Source of the DNA: Turneriella sp.
GTDB lineage: Bacteria; Spirochaetota; Leptospiria; Turneriellales; Turneriellaceae
Direction: 5' to 3'
NCBI GenBank assembly: GCA_965279515.1
Contig: CBDIID010000003.1
Span: 544,001 to 608,000, forward strand
Length of the DNA stretch: 64,000 nucleotides
How positions within the stretch are numbered: position 1 is the stretch's first letter; every line of letters begins with the position of its first letter. Made by a program: the position numbers and the translations under genes. Under the pieces are notes generated by a model. It did not search any database. It was given only the letters and a program-made list of their open reading frames with translations, and was not told where the DNA came from. This document shows, piece by piece, positions 47,360-56,973 of this stretch.

Positions 47360-49123
47360 TCAAAGCGCAAGCTTTGCCAGATCACGATCACGCAAATACT
47401 GCGGATAGAGTTCGTAGAGCGGCTCCAAGAGCGGCAGCAAGCGCATTGCACGCGGCAGGTTCCCTTTCGGAATCACCTCTTTGCGCGCGAGTGCCTGCAT
47501 CAAATTCACCTGGCCGTGCCAGAAATAATGCGCCACATCCGCAGGCAGGGAAAACTCGACTTCAGGCGTGAAAGCCCGCGCCGCATCGCCCGTGAGAACC
47601 TGCTTCGACTTATCGTCGGTTGAGCCGTCGAGTGCAATCGCCCCATCGGGCGCCGCATAGTTGAAACGGATCTTCAGTCCCGAGTTTTTCAGGGGAGCGA
47701 AAAGTTTGGGATCAGCCTGCACTTTAAGGAAGTATGTACCGAGTACGTCGTAGAGCCCCGCTTCATCCTTGAAAATCGCCTTGAGTTTCTTGGTTGCACC
47801 CGTTGTGCGCGCAGCCTTGAGCTCCGATTTTGAAACCGGAATCGGCTTCAGGTTCTGCGAATACGCCTCTTGGACAATTTCTTTTACCGACAGCGCGGAA
47901 ACCGGCTGGGGATTGTTGAGCATCGCGCCGTCTTCGAGCGCTGTTCTCACAACCTGCTCGAGTTTCGCAAGGCCATCCTTGACGCCCGCGTCGCGCAGGT
48001 TGAGCGCATGGCCGCAGAGCGCATTGAGTTTTTGATTCATGGCGCGCAGTTTACCCGCCAGCGACTGGGCGCGCTGTTTAGTCAACCAGTCGTCGACTAA
48101 GCTCAGCTGCGTGACGGCCTGATTGACGGCAAAGTTGTCAAGCCGCGCCACTGCCTGCCCAAGTTCGCGCACCGGATAAAATCCACTATCGCCGAAAATC
48201 TGCGCGATGCGCGCATAACGCGCCGCAGAGCTTTCCATGTTGTGCTCCACGCTGAACGGCAGGATAATCGAATTCGCGAGACCATGCGGAATGTGATACA
48301 CTCCACCCAGCGCATGGCTGATACCGTGGACAATGCCCACGCCACCGTGGTTGAAAGCGACGGCCGCGAGAAATGACGCAGTCAGCATCGCACCGCGGGC
48401 GTTGAGGTCATTGGGGACGGCAACTGCCTGCAGAAGATTCTGCACAATCAGTTCAATCGCATAGAGCGCGAGGGCATCGGAAACCGGGTTTGGGTTCTGG
48501 CCCGCATAACACTCGATGGCGTGCGTGAGGGCATCCATACCCGTCGCCGCCGTAACCTTGCCCGGCATCGTCGCCGTCATCTCAGGATCGAGAATCGCAA
48601 TATCAGGAAGGAAATGATCTTCAGCAAACGGCAGTTTCACCGAATTCGCGTCGTCTGAAACCATGGCAAACTGTGTCACTTCAGAACCGGTACCTGAAGT
48701 GGTGGGGATAAATACCGATGGCAGAAGGCGTTCTTTGAGAAGCTGGGCACCCATGTGCTGCTGTAAGGGACCGCCCTTGACCATCAGCAGGTTGATGACT
48801 TTAGCGGAATCCAGCACGCTGCCGCCGCCGATCGCGATCACCATATCGCATTTGTTCTTAACACCGAGTTCTGCGGCTTCGGTCACAACCTTGAGCTCGC
48901 TGTTGGGCGGCACGTTGTCGTAAGTAGCGGCGATGGTGATTTTTGAACCGGCAAGACCGTCCTGCACCTTCTTCGCGAGGCCGGCTGCGACGATCACCTT
49001 GTCGGTGACGAGCAAGGCGCGTGACCCGTTGAAGTTGGCGAGTTCTTCGCCAAGGCGTGAGGCGAGGCCGATGCCATACCGCACATTAGTCGGCAGGGAA
49101 AACTGGTAATAATCAGGTAACAT
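47360..49123 (-). CDS. Iron-containing alcohol dehydrogenase fused to a C-terminal SCP2-like lipid-binding domain
   Basis: GGGSVLD, PTTSGTGSE, DALTHAIE and HGISH...HG; C-terminal ADVAHYFWHGQVNLMQALARKEVIPKG. Confidence 0.85.
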   Translation of the reverse strand: MLPDYYQFSLPTNVRYGIGLASRLGEELANFNGSRALLVTDKVIVAAGLAKKVQDGLAGSKITIAATYDNVPPNSELKVVTEAAELGVKNKCDMVIAIGGGSVLDSAKVINLLMVKGGPLQQHMGAQLLKERLLPSVFIPTTSGTGSEVTQFAMVSDDANSVKLPFAEDHFLPDIAILDPEMTATMPGKVTAATGMDALTHAIECYAGQNPNPVSDALALYAIELIVQNLLQAVAVPNDLNARGAMLTASFLAAVAFNHGGVGIVHGISHALGGVYHIPHGLANSIILPFSVEHNMESSAARYARIAQIFGDSGFYPVRELGQAVARLDNFAVNQAVTQLSLVDDWLTKQRAQSLAGKLRAMNQKLNALCGHALNLRDAGVKDGLAKLEQVVRTALEDGAMLNNPQPVSALSVKEIVQEAYSQNLKPIPVSKSELKAARTTGATKKLKAIFKDEAGLYDVLGTYFLKVQADPKLFAPLKNSGLKIRFNYAAPDGAIALDGSTDDKSKQVLTGDAARAFTPEVEFSLPADVAHYFWHGQVNLMQALARKEVIPKGNLPRAMRLLPLLEPLYELYPQYLRDRDLAKLAL

Positions 49124-49194
49124 GCGTTATAATTCAGGTTTGAGAGAGGCCGACAACAAAAAGGTGAACATATGCTCAATATACGGTTTACCAT

Positions 49195-51141
49195 GTGAAA
49201 ATCAGAAACGGTTTGCCACTGCTGCGTAACCTCATCGCCAATTTTTTCCTGTCGGGTTCAACAGAGCTCTCGACAGAAAACCGCCGCCGGATCATACTGA
49301 TCAACGGTATCCTGCTGCTGGGTTTTTTCGCCCTCGCCTCGGCAGCGCTCAGCGCAGGTTTTGCCCGCAACATTCCCCTCGCGCTGATGGACGGGGTCTT
49401 TGTATTCATCGACCTTGGCCTGCTGGTCTGGCTTCGGCTAAGCCATGGGGTGCGCATCGTGGGTATCGCACTGACCCTGCTGATTTTGCTGCTTTTTATC
49501 TTTTTGCTCGTGACCGGCGGAGACAAAAATACCGGTCCGTTATGGCTCTATCTTTTCCCGCTGTTCAGCTTCTTTCTGGTCGGCGGCCGTTCGGCAATTT
49601 CGTTGAACGTATTTCTGCTGATCACAACTGGCATTGTACTCTTTGTGCCTGGCGCAGCACGGACCGTCTATGAAGCTGCCTTTAAAGGGCGCTTTCTGGG
49701 ATCGCTCGCCGTACTGACGGGCATCACCTATATCTTCGAATACAGCCGCAAGGACGCGGAAGATAAGATGCTGGCAGCCCAGAAAGAGACCGACGACATC
49801 TTCCGCGCGATCCGTGAAGGTCTGTTTTTGCTGAACCGCCGCGGCGAGAAATTCTACCTGGGTTCACGATTTTCCACTGTTGTCGGTCAAATGCTCGCCA
49901 CGCAGGAACCGGCAGATACGGAGTTCATCCCCCTGCTCAAAGCACACCACGCCGATCTCGATGAAGACGGTCTCGCGAAATACCTTGCGTTGCTTTATAA
50001 TGAAAGCCTCGACGAGGCGATGCTGGCCGAACTCAACCCGCTGAAACTGGTCGAGGGGGATAACATTCTTTCCTTCACCTTTTACCGCGTGGTGAACCTG
50101 GCAACGCAAAAAATTGAAAGCGTCATGTGCACGATCGAAGACAAGAGCGAAGAAGTGAAACTGCAGCGCTCGCTCGCGGCGCGCGAAGAATCGGACTCAC
50201 AGCAAACGGCACTGCTGTTGCAGATTCTGCATACCAACCCCAAACTGCTCTCTGACTTTCTTGAAACCGCGGGGGCCTATGAACGGGAAATCAACGACTT
50301 ATTGAGCAATGCGGCCACCGTCGACGCCGGTCTGCTCGATACGGCATTCCGCAAGGTGCACACGATCAAAGGTGACGCGCGGGCACTGGGGCTCGACGCC
50401 GTCGGCAACCGTGCACATAGCGTCGAAGAAAAGATCGTCGCGCTCCAAAAGCAGGATATTGTCAGCGGGGGCGATCTTCTTCCGCTTGTCGTCGACCTCG
50501 GGGGACTCAGGCAGATTTTCGCCACACTGCGCGAGCTGACAGCACTGATCCGCGCGCACCGCGGAGAGGCAGCAACCTCGGAGACACCGCTCAAGGATAC
50601 GCTCTACAACCTGGTGCGGCAGCTCAAACTCAACGGCACCAAAGAGGTGCAGCTCGACACGGCGCTGTTCGACGAAAACCGCCTGCCGGTACGTACCGTG
50701 CGGCTGATGCAGGAAGTACTGATCCAAATGATCCGTAACAGCTTTGTGCACGGTATTGAAGAGGTCACGGAGCGCCTGCGCGCCGGCAAAAAGGCAACGG
50801 GCATTATTTCGCTGAAGCTCAGGGAAGCCGGTGGCGTCGTTGCGCTCCACTACAGCGATGACGGCAAGGGTCTCGATCCGGCGAGGCTCAAGGCGCGGGC
50901 GGTGGAAACCGGTATCGCATCGGCCGATGAAATCGCCCAATGGGATCTCAAACATATCTATTCACTGATCTTTCGCCGGGGACTTTCGACTGCCGAAAGC
51001 GTCGGCGCAGACGCCGGCCGCGGCATAGGCATGGATATTATTCAGGAAAATGTTCGCCAACTGAAGGGCCGAATTAAATTGAGAAATAAACCCGGCAAAG
51101 GCGTCGAATTTGTCTTCGAATTTGCTGCGGACGCAAGATAG
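49195..51141 (+). CDS. Membrane-anchored CheA-like histidine kinase (TM-Hpt-HATPase)
   Basis: About six TM helices; Hpt FRKVHTIKG; RNSFVHGIE, DDGKG, IFRRGLST and GRGIGMD. No CheW-like domain. Confidence 0.88.
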   Translation: MKIRNGLPLLRNLIANFFLSGSTELSTENRRRIILINGILLLGFFALASAALSAGFARNIPLALMDGVFVFIDLGLLVWLRLSHGVRIVGIALTLLILLLFIFLLVTGGDKNTGPLWLYLFPLFSFFLVGGRSAISLNVFLLITTGIVLFVPGAARTVYEAAFKGRFLGSLAVLTGITYIFEYSRKDAEDKMLAAQKETDDIFRAIREGLFLLNRRGEKFYLGSRFSTVVGQMLATQEPADTEFIPLLKAHHADLDEDGLAKYLALLYNESLDEAMLAELNPLKLVEGDNILSFTFYRVVNLATQKIESVMCTIEDKSEEVKLQRSLAAREESDSQQTALLLQILHTNPKLLSDFLETAGAYEREINDLLSNAATVDAGLLDTAFRKVHTIKGDARALGLDAVGNRAHSVEEKIVALQKQDIVSGGDLLPLVVDLGGLRQIFATLRELTALIRAHRGEAATSETPLKDTLYNLVRQLKLNGTKEVQLDTALFDENRLPVRTVRLMQEVLIQMIRNSFVHGIEEVTERLRAGKKATGIISLKLREAGGVVALHYSDDGKGLDPARLKARAVETGIASADEIAQWDLKHIYSLIFRRGLSTAESVGADAGRGIGMDIIQENVRQLKGRIKLRNKPGKGVEFVFEFAADAR

Positions 51142-51149
51142 GATAAAAA

Positions 51150-51506
51150 ATGAAACTACTGATCGTCGACGATTCCACGCTAATCCGCAGCGCGATTGAG
51201 ACCTTTGTGAAGGACATGCCCTTCGAAATCGTCGGTCAGGCGGCTAACGGCCTGGAGGCGGTTGAACTTTTTAAGCAGCACAACCCCGAATACGTGACGA
51301 TGGATATCACGATGCCTGAAATGGACGGCCTGCGGGCCATGAAAGAGATGCTGAAGATCAACCCCAATGCCCGCATTCTGATCGCCTCGGCGATTTCAAG
51401 CCAGAGCGTGATCGTCGAAGCACTCTCTGCCGGCGCAAAACATTACCTGAACAAGCCTTTTAATGCCGAAAAATTGAAAGCGGCGATGCAGAAAATACTC
51501 GCCTGA
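51150..51506 (+). CDS. Single-domain CheY-like response regulator
   Basis: IVDDS, MDITMPEMDG and KPF. Confidence 0.95.
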   Translation: MKLLIVDDSTLIRSAIETFVKDMPFEIVGQAANGLEAVELFKQHNPEYVTMDITMPEMDGLRAMKEMLKINPNARILIASAISSQSVIVEALSAGAKHYLNKPFNAEKLKAAMQKILA

Positions 51507-51570
51507 GCTTGACCGGGCCGCGCCTGTGCGGTAAGCGGTTCACCCGAAACATTCGGTTTAAGGAGAAGCT

Positions 51571-51768
51571 ATGAAACAATTAGGTATTTCGCTCGCGCTA
51601 TTCGGCATCGGGTCGTTCATTCTGAACTTCATGCACTATGAATTCCGCCTGCTGATGTGGATCGACCACTGGGGTCGCGGTGCGGGCATCGCGATTCGCG
51701 TCGGTCTTATCGTCTTAGGCGCTGCACTGTTCTTTTTCGGCATGAAGCGCGAAAAAGAGGCGGGCTAA
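51571..51768 (+). CDS. Small two-TM membrane protein
   Basis: SD AAGGAG, an upstream TTGACC-N17-TAAGCG, and an LLMWIDHWG motif. Confidence 0.75.
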   Translation: MKQLGISLALFGIGSFILNFMHYEFRLLMWIDHWGRGAGIAIRVGLIVLGAALFFFGMKREKEAG

Positions 51769-53111
51769 GCCACCGACAATTTTTCAGATTTTTTTCTGCC
51801 GCGCAGGTACACCTGCGCGGCAAGTATACAAAGGAACGCCACCAGCGCCATCGCCCTGAAAATATTCGTATAGGCGGCGTCCGGTGCAAAACCTTTTTGC
51901 CAGACCAGCGCCGTCGCCGAGATCGCAACCCCGAATGCCCCGCTGAAAAACTGCATCAACTGAAAGAGGCCGAGCCCCGAACCGATTTCATTCTTCTCCA
52001 GGATCCGCGACATCTCATTCGAGACAGCTGTGGTCAGGAAAGTAAAGGCGATGCTGAGCAGCATATAAGCGCCCATAATCCAGAACACCGATTCAATGGC
52101 GAACAGCGCAAAGAGCACGGTCGCCAAAAAGAGCAAACCGGGGATATAGAACAGGATGCCGCCATTGCCCGCGCGGTCGATCACCTTGCCGACGAGCGGG
52201 GAAAGAAACATCGCCGTCAGCGAACCCGGAAAAATCACAAGGCCCGCATGGATCGCCGTCATCTGGTAGTGTTTAATCAAAAGCTGCGGCATGAGAAAGA
52301 GCATTGAAAAACTCAGTACGTAGGCCGCAATGCCCACAGCGCCCAGCGTCAGGTAGCGCCGGTTCGAAAACAGCGCAGGCATGACAAAGGGCGAAGCTGC
52401 CGACCGTATGCGCAAGGCAAAAGCCAGCACGGCGGTTAATCCCACTGCGAGTGAAATAAGTGATTTCTGCGTCATCGCCAGAAGCAGCGCAGTGATGCTC
52501 ACGGCCGAAAGAATTGCCCCCAGTGCATCGAAGCTGCCCGGCTTCGGCGTTTCGCGTGGCAGAAGTTTTGCGAAAACGGGGATGAGTAGAAGTGAAACCG
52601 CGGTCAGCAGAAAGAGCACATGCCAGCCGAGATACTGTACAATCGCGCCACCGACGACGGGCCCCAACCCCAGGCCCAAACCGACCGCCGACATGACCGT
52701 TGCCATCGCGCGGCCCCGGCGCTCGAGCGGAATATAACGCGACACATAGACGAGTGCGAGGCCGGGTATTGAACCTGCGCCGGTGGCCTGCAAAACGCGC
52801 ATGCCAATGAGCAGGAAAAAATCATGGGTAAAAAAGCCGGCTATCGCAGCCAGCCCCAGAGAGAAAAGCCCAATGATAAAAAGGCGACGGATCGGCACGA
52901 AATCGGCAAGGCGGCTATAGGTAATAGAGGCGACGGCGAATGTGATTGAATACGCCGTCACAATCCATGACGTATCGGAAATCGGGCGGGAAAAATCGCG
53001 GGCGACAGACGGCAAGGCCAGGTTAAACATCATGGTATTCATGATGACGAGTACGATGGCGATGCTCAAGAACAGGGAAATCCAGCGTTCTGTTTGGCGT
53101 GTGGGCTGCAT
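51765..53111 (-). CDS. 14-TM MFS drug:H+ antiporter (DHA2/Tet(L)-like)
   Basis: NTMMFNLALP, WIVTAY, RVLQATG and GLGPVVGG. Start is ATG 53111 or GTG 53117. Confidence 0.9.
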   Translation of the reverse strand: MQPTRQTERWISLFLSIAIVLVIMNTMMFNLALPSVARDFSRPISDTSWIVTAYSITFAVASITYSRLADFVPIRRLFIIGLFSLGLAAIAGFFTHDFFLLIGMRVLQATGAGSIPGLALVYVSRYIPLERRGRAMATVMSAVGLGLGLGPVVGGAIVQYLGWHVLFLLTAVSLLLIPVFAKLLPRETPKPGSFDALGAILSAVSITALLLAMTQKSLISLAVGLTAVLAFALRIRSAASPFVMPALFSNRRYLTLGAVGIAAYVLSFSMLFLMPQLLIKHYQMTAIHAGLVIFPGSLTAMFLSPLVGKVIDRAGNGGILFYIPGLLFLATVLFALFAIESVFWIMGAYMLLSIAFTFLTTAVSNEMSRILEKNEIGSGLGLFQLMQFFSGAFGVAISATALVWQKGFAPDAAYTNIFRAMALVAFLCILAAQVYLRGRKKSEKLSVA

Positions 53112-53117
53112 GACCAC

Positions 53118-53146
53118 AATATGTGCATATGCACGTTACGTGGCAA
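53118..53146 (-). promoter_or_regulatory. Promoter with an internal operator palindrome for the MFS gene
   Basis: TTGCCA-N17-CATATT-N6-ATG; palindrome GTGCATATGCAC (53123-34). Confidence 0.6.
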
Positions 53147-53228
53147 AAAAAACCTGCAATGTCCTTTACGGCCATGCGGGGGAACGAACCAAATCCCCGC
53201 TGGGTCATCACGATAAGCCTTTTTGCCC

Positions 53229-56200
53229 ATGAATCTCATACAGACCTCGATTCTCCGCCCCGTCTTCGCCTGGATTCTGATGTCGAGTCTCATCATATTC
53301 GGCGCGGTTGCCGCGATGCAACTGGGCGTCAGCCAGTTGCCCGATATCGATTTTCCAATCCTGAGTATCACTGTGACCTATGAGGGTGCAACTCCCGAAG
53401 TTGTCGAATCAACGCTGCTCATGCCGATCGAAGAGCGCCTGTTGGGAATCGAAGGACTCAAACAGATGCGCTCGAGTGCGCGCCAGGGTTCGGGCCAGGT
53501 CGTGCTGGAACTCGACTTAAAGCGCAACGTCGATGTCGCGCTGCAGGAAGTGCAGGCCGCACTCAGCCAGTTGAGGCTGCCCATCGGTATCGATCCGCCG
53601 GTGATCGCGAAGACGAACCCCGAAGACCAGCCGTTCATGTTCGTCGGCGTCTTTGCGGATAAACCGCTGCCCGAACTCATCCGCTGGATGGATGTCTTTC
53701 TTCTCGACCAGTTCCGTTTTATACCGGGCATCGGCGAGGCTTCGGTGACGGGTTACCCCGAACGCAATTTACGCATCTGGCCCGACATCGCGAAAATGCG
53801 CCGTTATGACATTACCGTTTCAGACCTTATTACCGCCGTAGAAACGCAGCATATTGAAAGCACCGCGGGACAATTCATCAAGGGCAAAGAAGAGTTGCGC
53901 GTGCGCTGGCTGGGTGAAGCCGCCTCGCCCAAAGATCTCGCCAAGGTGCGCATCTTAAAACGCGGCGGCGAAAATATCTTCGCCTCCGGTGCAGCTCTCA
54001 CCATCGGCGATGTCGCGCGCGTCGAAGACGGCCTCAGCGACCAGCGCCGCCTCGCGCGCCTCAACGGCAAGGATGCGCCCGGCATCGGTATCGGCATACG
54101 CAAACAGCGCGGCCAGAACGAAGTTGCACTGGCCGAGGCCGTGCACAAAAAGGTCGCTGAACTGCAGAACCAGTTGCCCGAAGGTTATTCGCTGCAGGTC
54201 AACATCGACTTTTCGCGCGCCACGAAGGCGACGGTTTTTACCACCTATGAGAAGCTGATCATCGCGGCGCTGGTGACTATCCTCGTCTGCTTTGCCTTTC
54301 TCGGCAGCTGGCAGGGCGCGCTCAATATCATCTTTTCGATTCCCACCTCGATCGTCGGCACCTTTCTCATCATCTACTTCGCCGGCTTCACACTGAACCT
54401 GTTCACGCTCTTAGCGCTCACCCTCGCGATCTCGATCGTGGTCGACGATGCGATCATGCTGCTCGAAAATATCGTGCGCCACTACCGCATGGGCAAATCA
54501 GCCGCGCAGGCAGCTTACGACGGCTCGATGGAAATTTTACCGGCGGCGACAGCCGCTACGCTCGCGGTGATTGCGGTCTTCTTACCCGTCGTCGTCATGG
54601 ACGGCGTGATTGGCAAATTCTTTTTCCAGTTTGGCATTGTCATGTCGGCAGCCGTGCTCTTGTCGCTCGTCGAAGCGGTAACGATCACGCCGATGCGCTC
54701 CGCGGCATTCCTCAGCACGGCGCCCAAAACAGGCCGGCTGGAAATGTATCTCGAGCGCGTTTTTGAAGAACTCGGCCACAAATATGCACGCCTGCTCGCG
54801 AAGGTTCTGAAACGGCCAAAGACCGCCAGTTTGATATCCTTCCTGATTTTTGCGCTGTCGCTGATTCTGATCTCCCAGGTGCGGCAGGAATTTGTTCCGC
54901 TGCAGGACCAGGATTATATCATCGGCAATGGTCAGGCGGCCGCCGGTTCATCGCTGCCCTATACGGTAAACCGCGCCAAAGAGTTTGAAGTGCTGCTCGG
55001 CAAGCACCCTGACGTGGAAAGTTTTTATACCAATGTCGGCGCCGGCGGTCTGGCTGCGGAAATTAACCAGTTCACGATGCTCATCCGCCTGAAGCCGCGT
55101 GCGAAACGGAAGAAGAAACACTCGCAGATTATGGATGACCTGCGCAAGGAGTTCAAAACCATTCAGGGCGCCCGGGTGTCGCTGCGCGATTTTTCGAGCC
55201 GCGGTCTCACTTCAGGCAAACAATTCCAGGTGTCTTTCAACATATTTGGCAGCGATCTCGAAATTCTCGACGCCAAGGCCAAAGAAATTATGGAGCGCCT
55301 GACGAACGAGGGCCTCACGCAGGATCTCGACACCGATTTCAAAAGAAATTTTCCCGAACTGTTAATTTCACCCAACCGCGACGCCATGGCCGCGCGCTCG
55401 GTCAGCATCCAGTCTGTCGCCACGACACTCGGCGCCACGGTTGCAGGCCTGCGCGAGGGCCGTTTCACGGCCGACGGCCGGCGCTACGATATCCGCATCA
55501 AGATGCCCGAAGACAAGGTGACCTCTCCCAAAGACATCGGCAATATCATGGTGCGTAACGCCGCTGCCAACAACGTGCCGCTCAGCGAGCTGGTAAAATT
55601 TTCCGAAAACAAAACCTTCCAGTCGATTACGCGCGTAAACCGGCAGCGTGCGATTGGCGTCTTCGGTAACGTCGCGGGCGGAAAATCACAGGCTGTGGTA
55701 CTGGCACGCGCGCAGAAGATCGCGCAGGAGATTCTGCCCAAGGGTTATTCCTTTGCGCTGGAGGGTGGCGCGGCTGGCCTGACGGATTCTTTTAAGAGCC
55801 TCAACCTTGCGGTGCTGTTGGGCATCCTCATCGCCTACATGATTCTCGCCGTGCAGTTCAACTCGTTTGTGCACCCGATTTCAGTGCTCGTCGCCCTGCC
55901 CTTCAGCCTCACGGGCGCACTCATTACGCTTTGGGTTTCCGGAGTTTCCCTGAACCTGTTCAGCTTTATTGGCCTGGTGGTGCTCATGGGCATCGCCAAG
56001 AAGAATTCGATTTTGCTCGTGGAATTTACCAACCACGTTCGCGCCGCGAAAACCATCACGGTGCGTGAGGCACTGATCGAAGCCTGCCCGGTGCGGCTCA
56101 GGCCCATTCTCATGACGTCGACGGCGACGGTTTTTGCGGCGCTGCCGCTCATTCTGGGCGACAGCGTCGGCCAGGAAACGCGCACGCCGATCGGCCTGAC

Positions 56201-56444
56201 CATTGCCGGCGGCACGATCGTATCGACAGTTTTCACGCTCTTTATCGTACCCTGCATTTACCTGATGCTGACCCGCTTTGAAAAAGAAAAACATACGCTG
56301 CTGACGATCCATTCACCCCAGGGCGATTTCAAAACCCCGGTGATGGATCCGCCGCATGAAAAGGACGGCCTGCGCGAAATACCCGTACCTTTTGAAGAAG
56401 AACCGCCGGTGCCGCGAAGAAAAAAGAAAACCAAAACGACTTAG
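53229..56444 (+). CDS. RND efflux permease (AcrB/AcrD/AcrF family)
   Basis: VVDDAIMLLENI, AKKNSILLVEF and RLRPILMT; about 1070 aa. Confidence 0.96.
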   Translation: MNLIQTSILRPVFAWILMSSLIIFGAVAAMQLGVSQLPDIDFPILSITVTYEGATPEVVESTLLMPIEERLLGIEGLKQMRSSARQGSGQVVLELDLKRNVDVALQEVQAALSQLRLPIGIDPPVIAKTNPEDQPFMFVGVFADKPLPELIRWMDVFLLDQFRFIPGIGEASVTGYPERNLRIWPDIAKMRRYDITVSDLITAVETQHIESTAGQFIKGKEELRVRWLGEAASPKDLAKVRILKRGGENIFASGAALTIGDVARVEDGLSDQRRLARLNGKDAPGIGIGIRKQRGQNEVALAEAVHKKVAELQNQLPEGYSLQVNIDFSRATKATVFTTYEKLIIAALVTILVCFAFLGSWQGALNIIFSIPTSIVGTFLIIYFAGFTLNLFTLLALTLAISIVVDDAIMLLENIVRHYRMGKSAAQAAYDGSMEILPAATAATLAVIAVFLPVVVMDGVIGKFFFQFGIVMSAAVLLSLVEAVTITPMRSAAFLSTAPKTGRLEMYLERVFEELGHKYARLLAKVLKRPKTASLISFLIFALSLILISQVRQEFVPLQDQDYIIGNGQAAAGSSLPYTVNRAKEFEVLLGKHPDVESFYTNVGAGGLAAEINQFTMLIRLKPRAKRKKKHSQIMDDLRKEFKTIQGARVSLRDFSSRGLTSGKQFQVSFNIFGSDLEILDAKAKEIMERLTNEGLTQDLDTDFKRNFPELLISPNRDAMAARSVSIQSVATTLGATVAGLREGRFTADGRRYDIRIKMPEDKVTSPKDIGNIMVRNAAANNVPLSELVKFSENKTFQSITRVNRQRAIGVFGNVAGGKSQAVVLARAQKIAQEILPKGYSFALEGGAAGLTDSFKSLNLAVLLGILIAYMILAVQFNSFVHPISVLVALPFSLTGALITLWVSGVSLNLFSFIGLVVLMGIAKKNSILLVEFTNHVRAAKTITVREALIEACPVRLRPILMTSTATVFAALPLILGDSVGQETRTPIGLTIAGGTIVSTVFTLFIVPCIYLMLTRFEKEKHTLLTIHSPQGDFKTPVMDPPHEKDGLREIPVPFEEEPPVPRRKKKTKTT

Positions 56445-56534
56445 CGCCCGCCGGGAGAATCCCCTGGCCCAGGCTGAGGTTTTACCGAAGGTGATAGGAC
56501 GACGGGGAAGCGGCTTTCGCAACTCCCGAAAATA

Positions 56535-56960
56535 TTATCCGAGCTTTTTCAGCATCGCGACAGCCCGCGACACCTTGCTTTCAATGCCTTCGGCCTGGGG
56601 ATTTCCCGCATCGGGCGAATTGGCGCTGCGAATCTTATATTCTTCGGTTGCAGTCACTGAAGCGGCTCGCGCCGGTTTCTGTGTTTCACCGTCATCGCTG
56701 AGCAGGCATTTGAGTGCGAAAACAAAACTATCGCCGATCTTATCGAGCATCGGCTTGTGGTTGGCATTGCGGTAGAAACCGTAGGCCACGAGCGGCATCT
56801 CTTTATCAAAATAGAAAAAATCGCCCAGCCGTATCAGGCCGGTTTTATAGCCGATCGTGCTGAAAATCTTCCCTGCCTCGAAGTACCGGCCCTCGTTGAA
56901 GAGCAGGTTCCCTTTTCTCATCAGTTCGGCTTTTTGCGCGTCGTTGAGGGCCATACTCAA
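56535..56960 (-). CDS. Hypothetical helical protein, last gene of the partner-switching operon
   Basis: LMRKGNLLFNEGRY..AGKIF..GY..GLIRLGD, TPR-like. Confidence 0.7.
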   Translation of the reverse strand: MSMALNDAQKAELMRKGNLLFNEGRYFEAGKIFSTIGYKTGLIRLGDFFYFDKEMPLVAYGFYRNANHKPMLDKIGDSFVFALKCLLSDDGETQKPARAASVTATEEYKIRSANSPDAGNPQAEGIESKVSRAVAMLKKLG

Positions 56961-56973
56961 TTATCGGCCAAAT

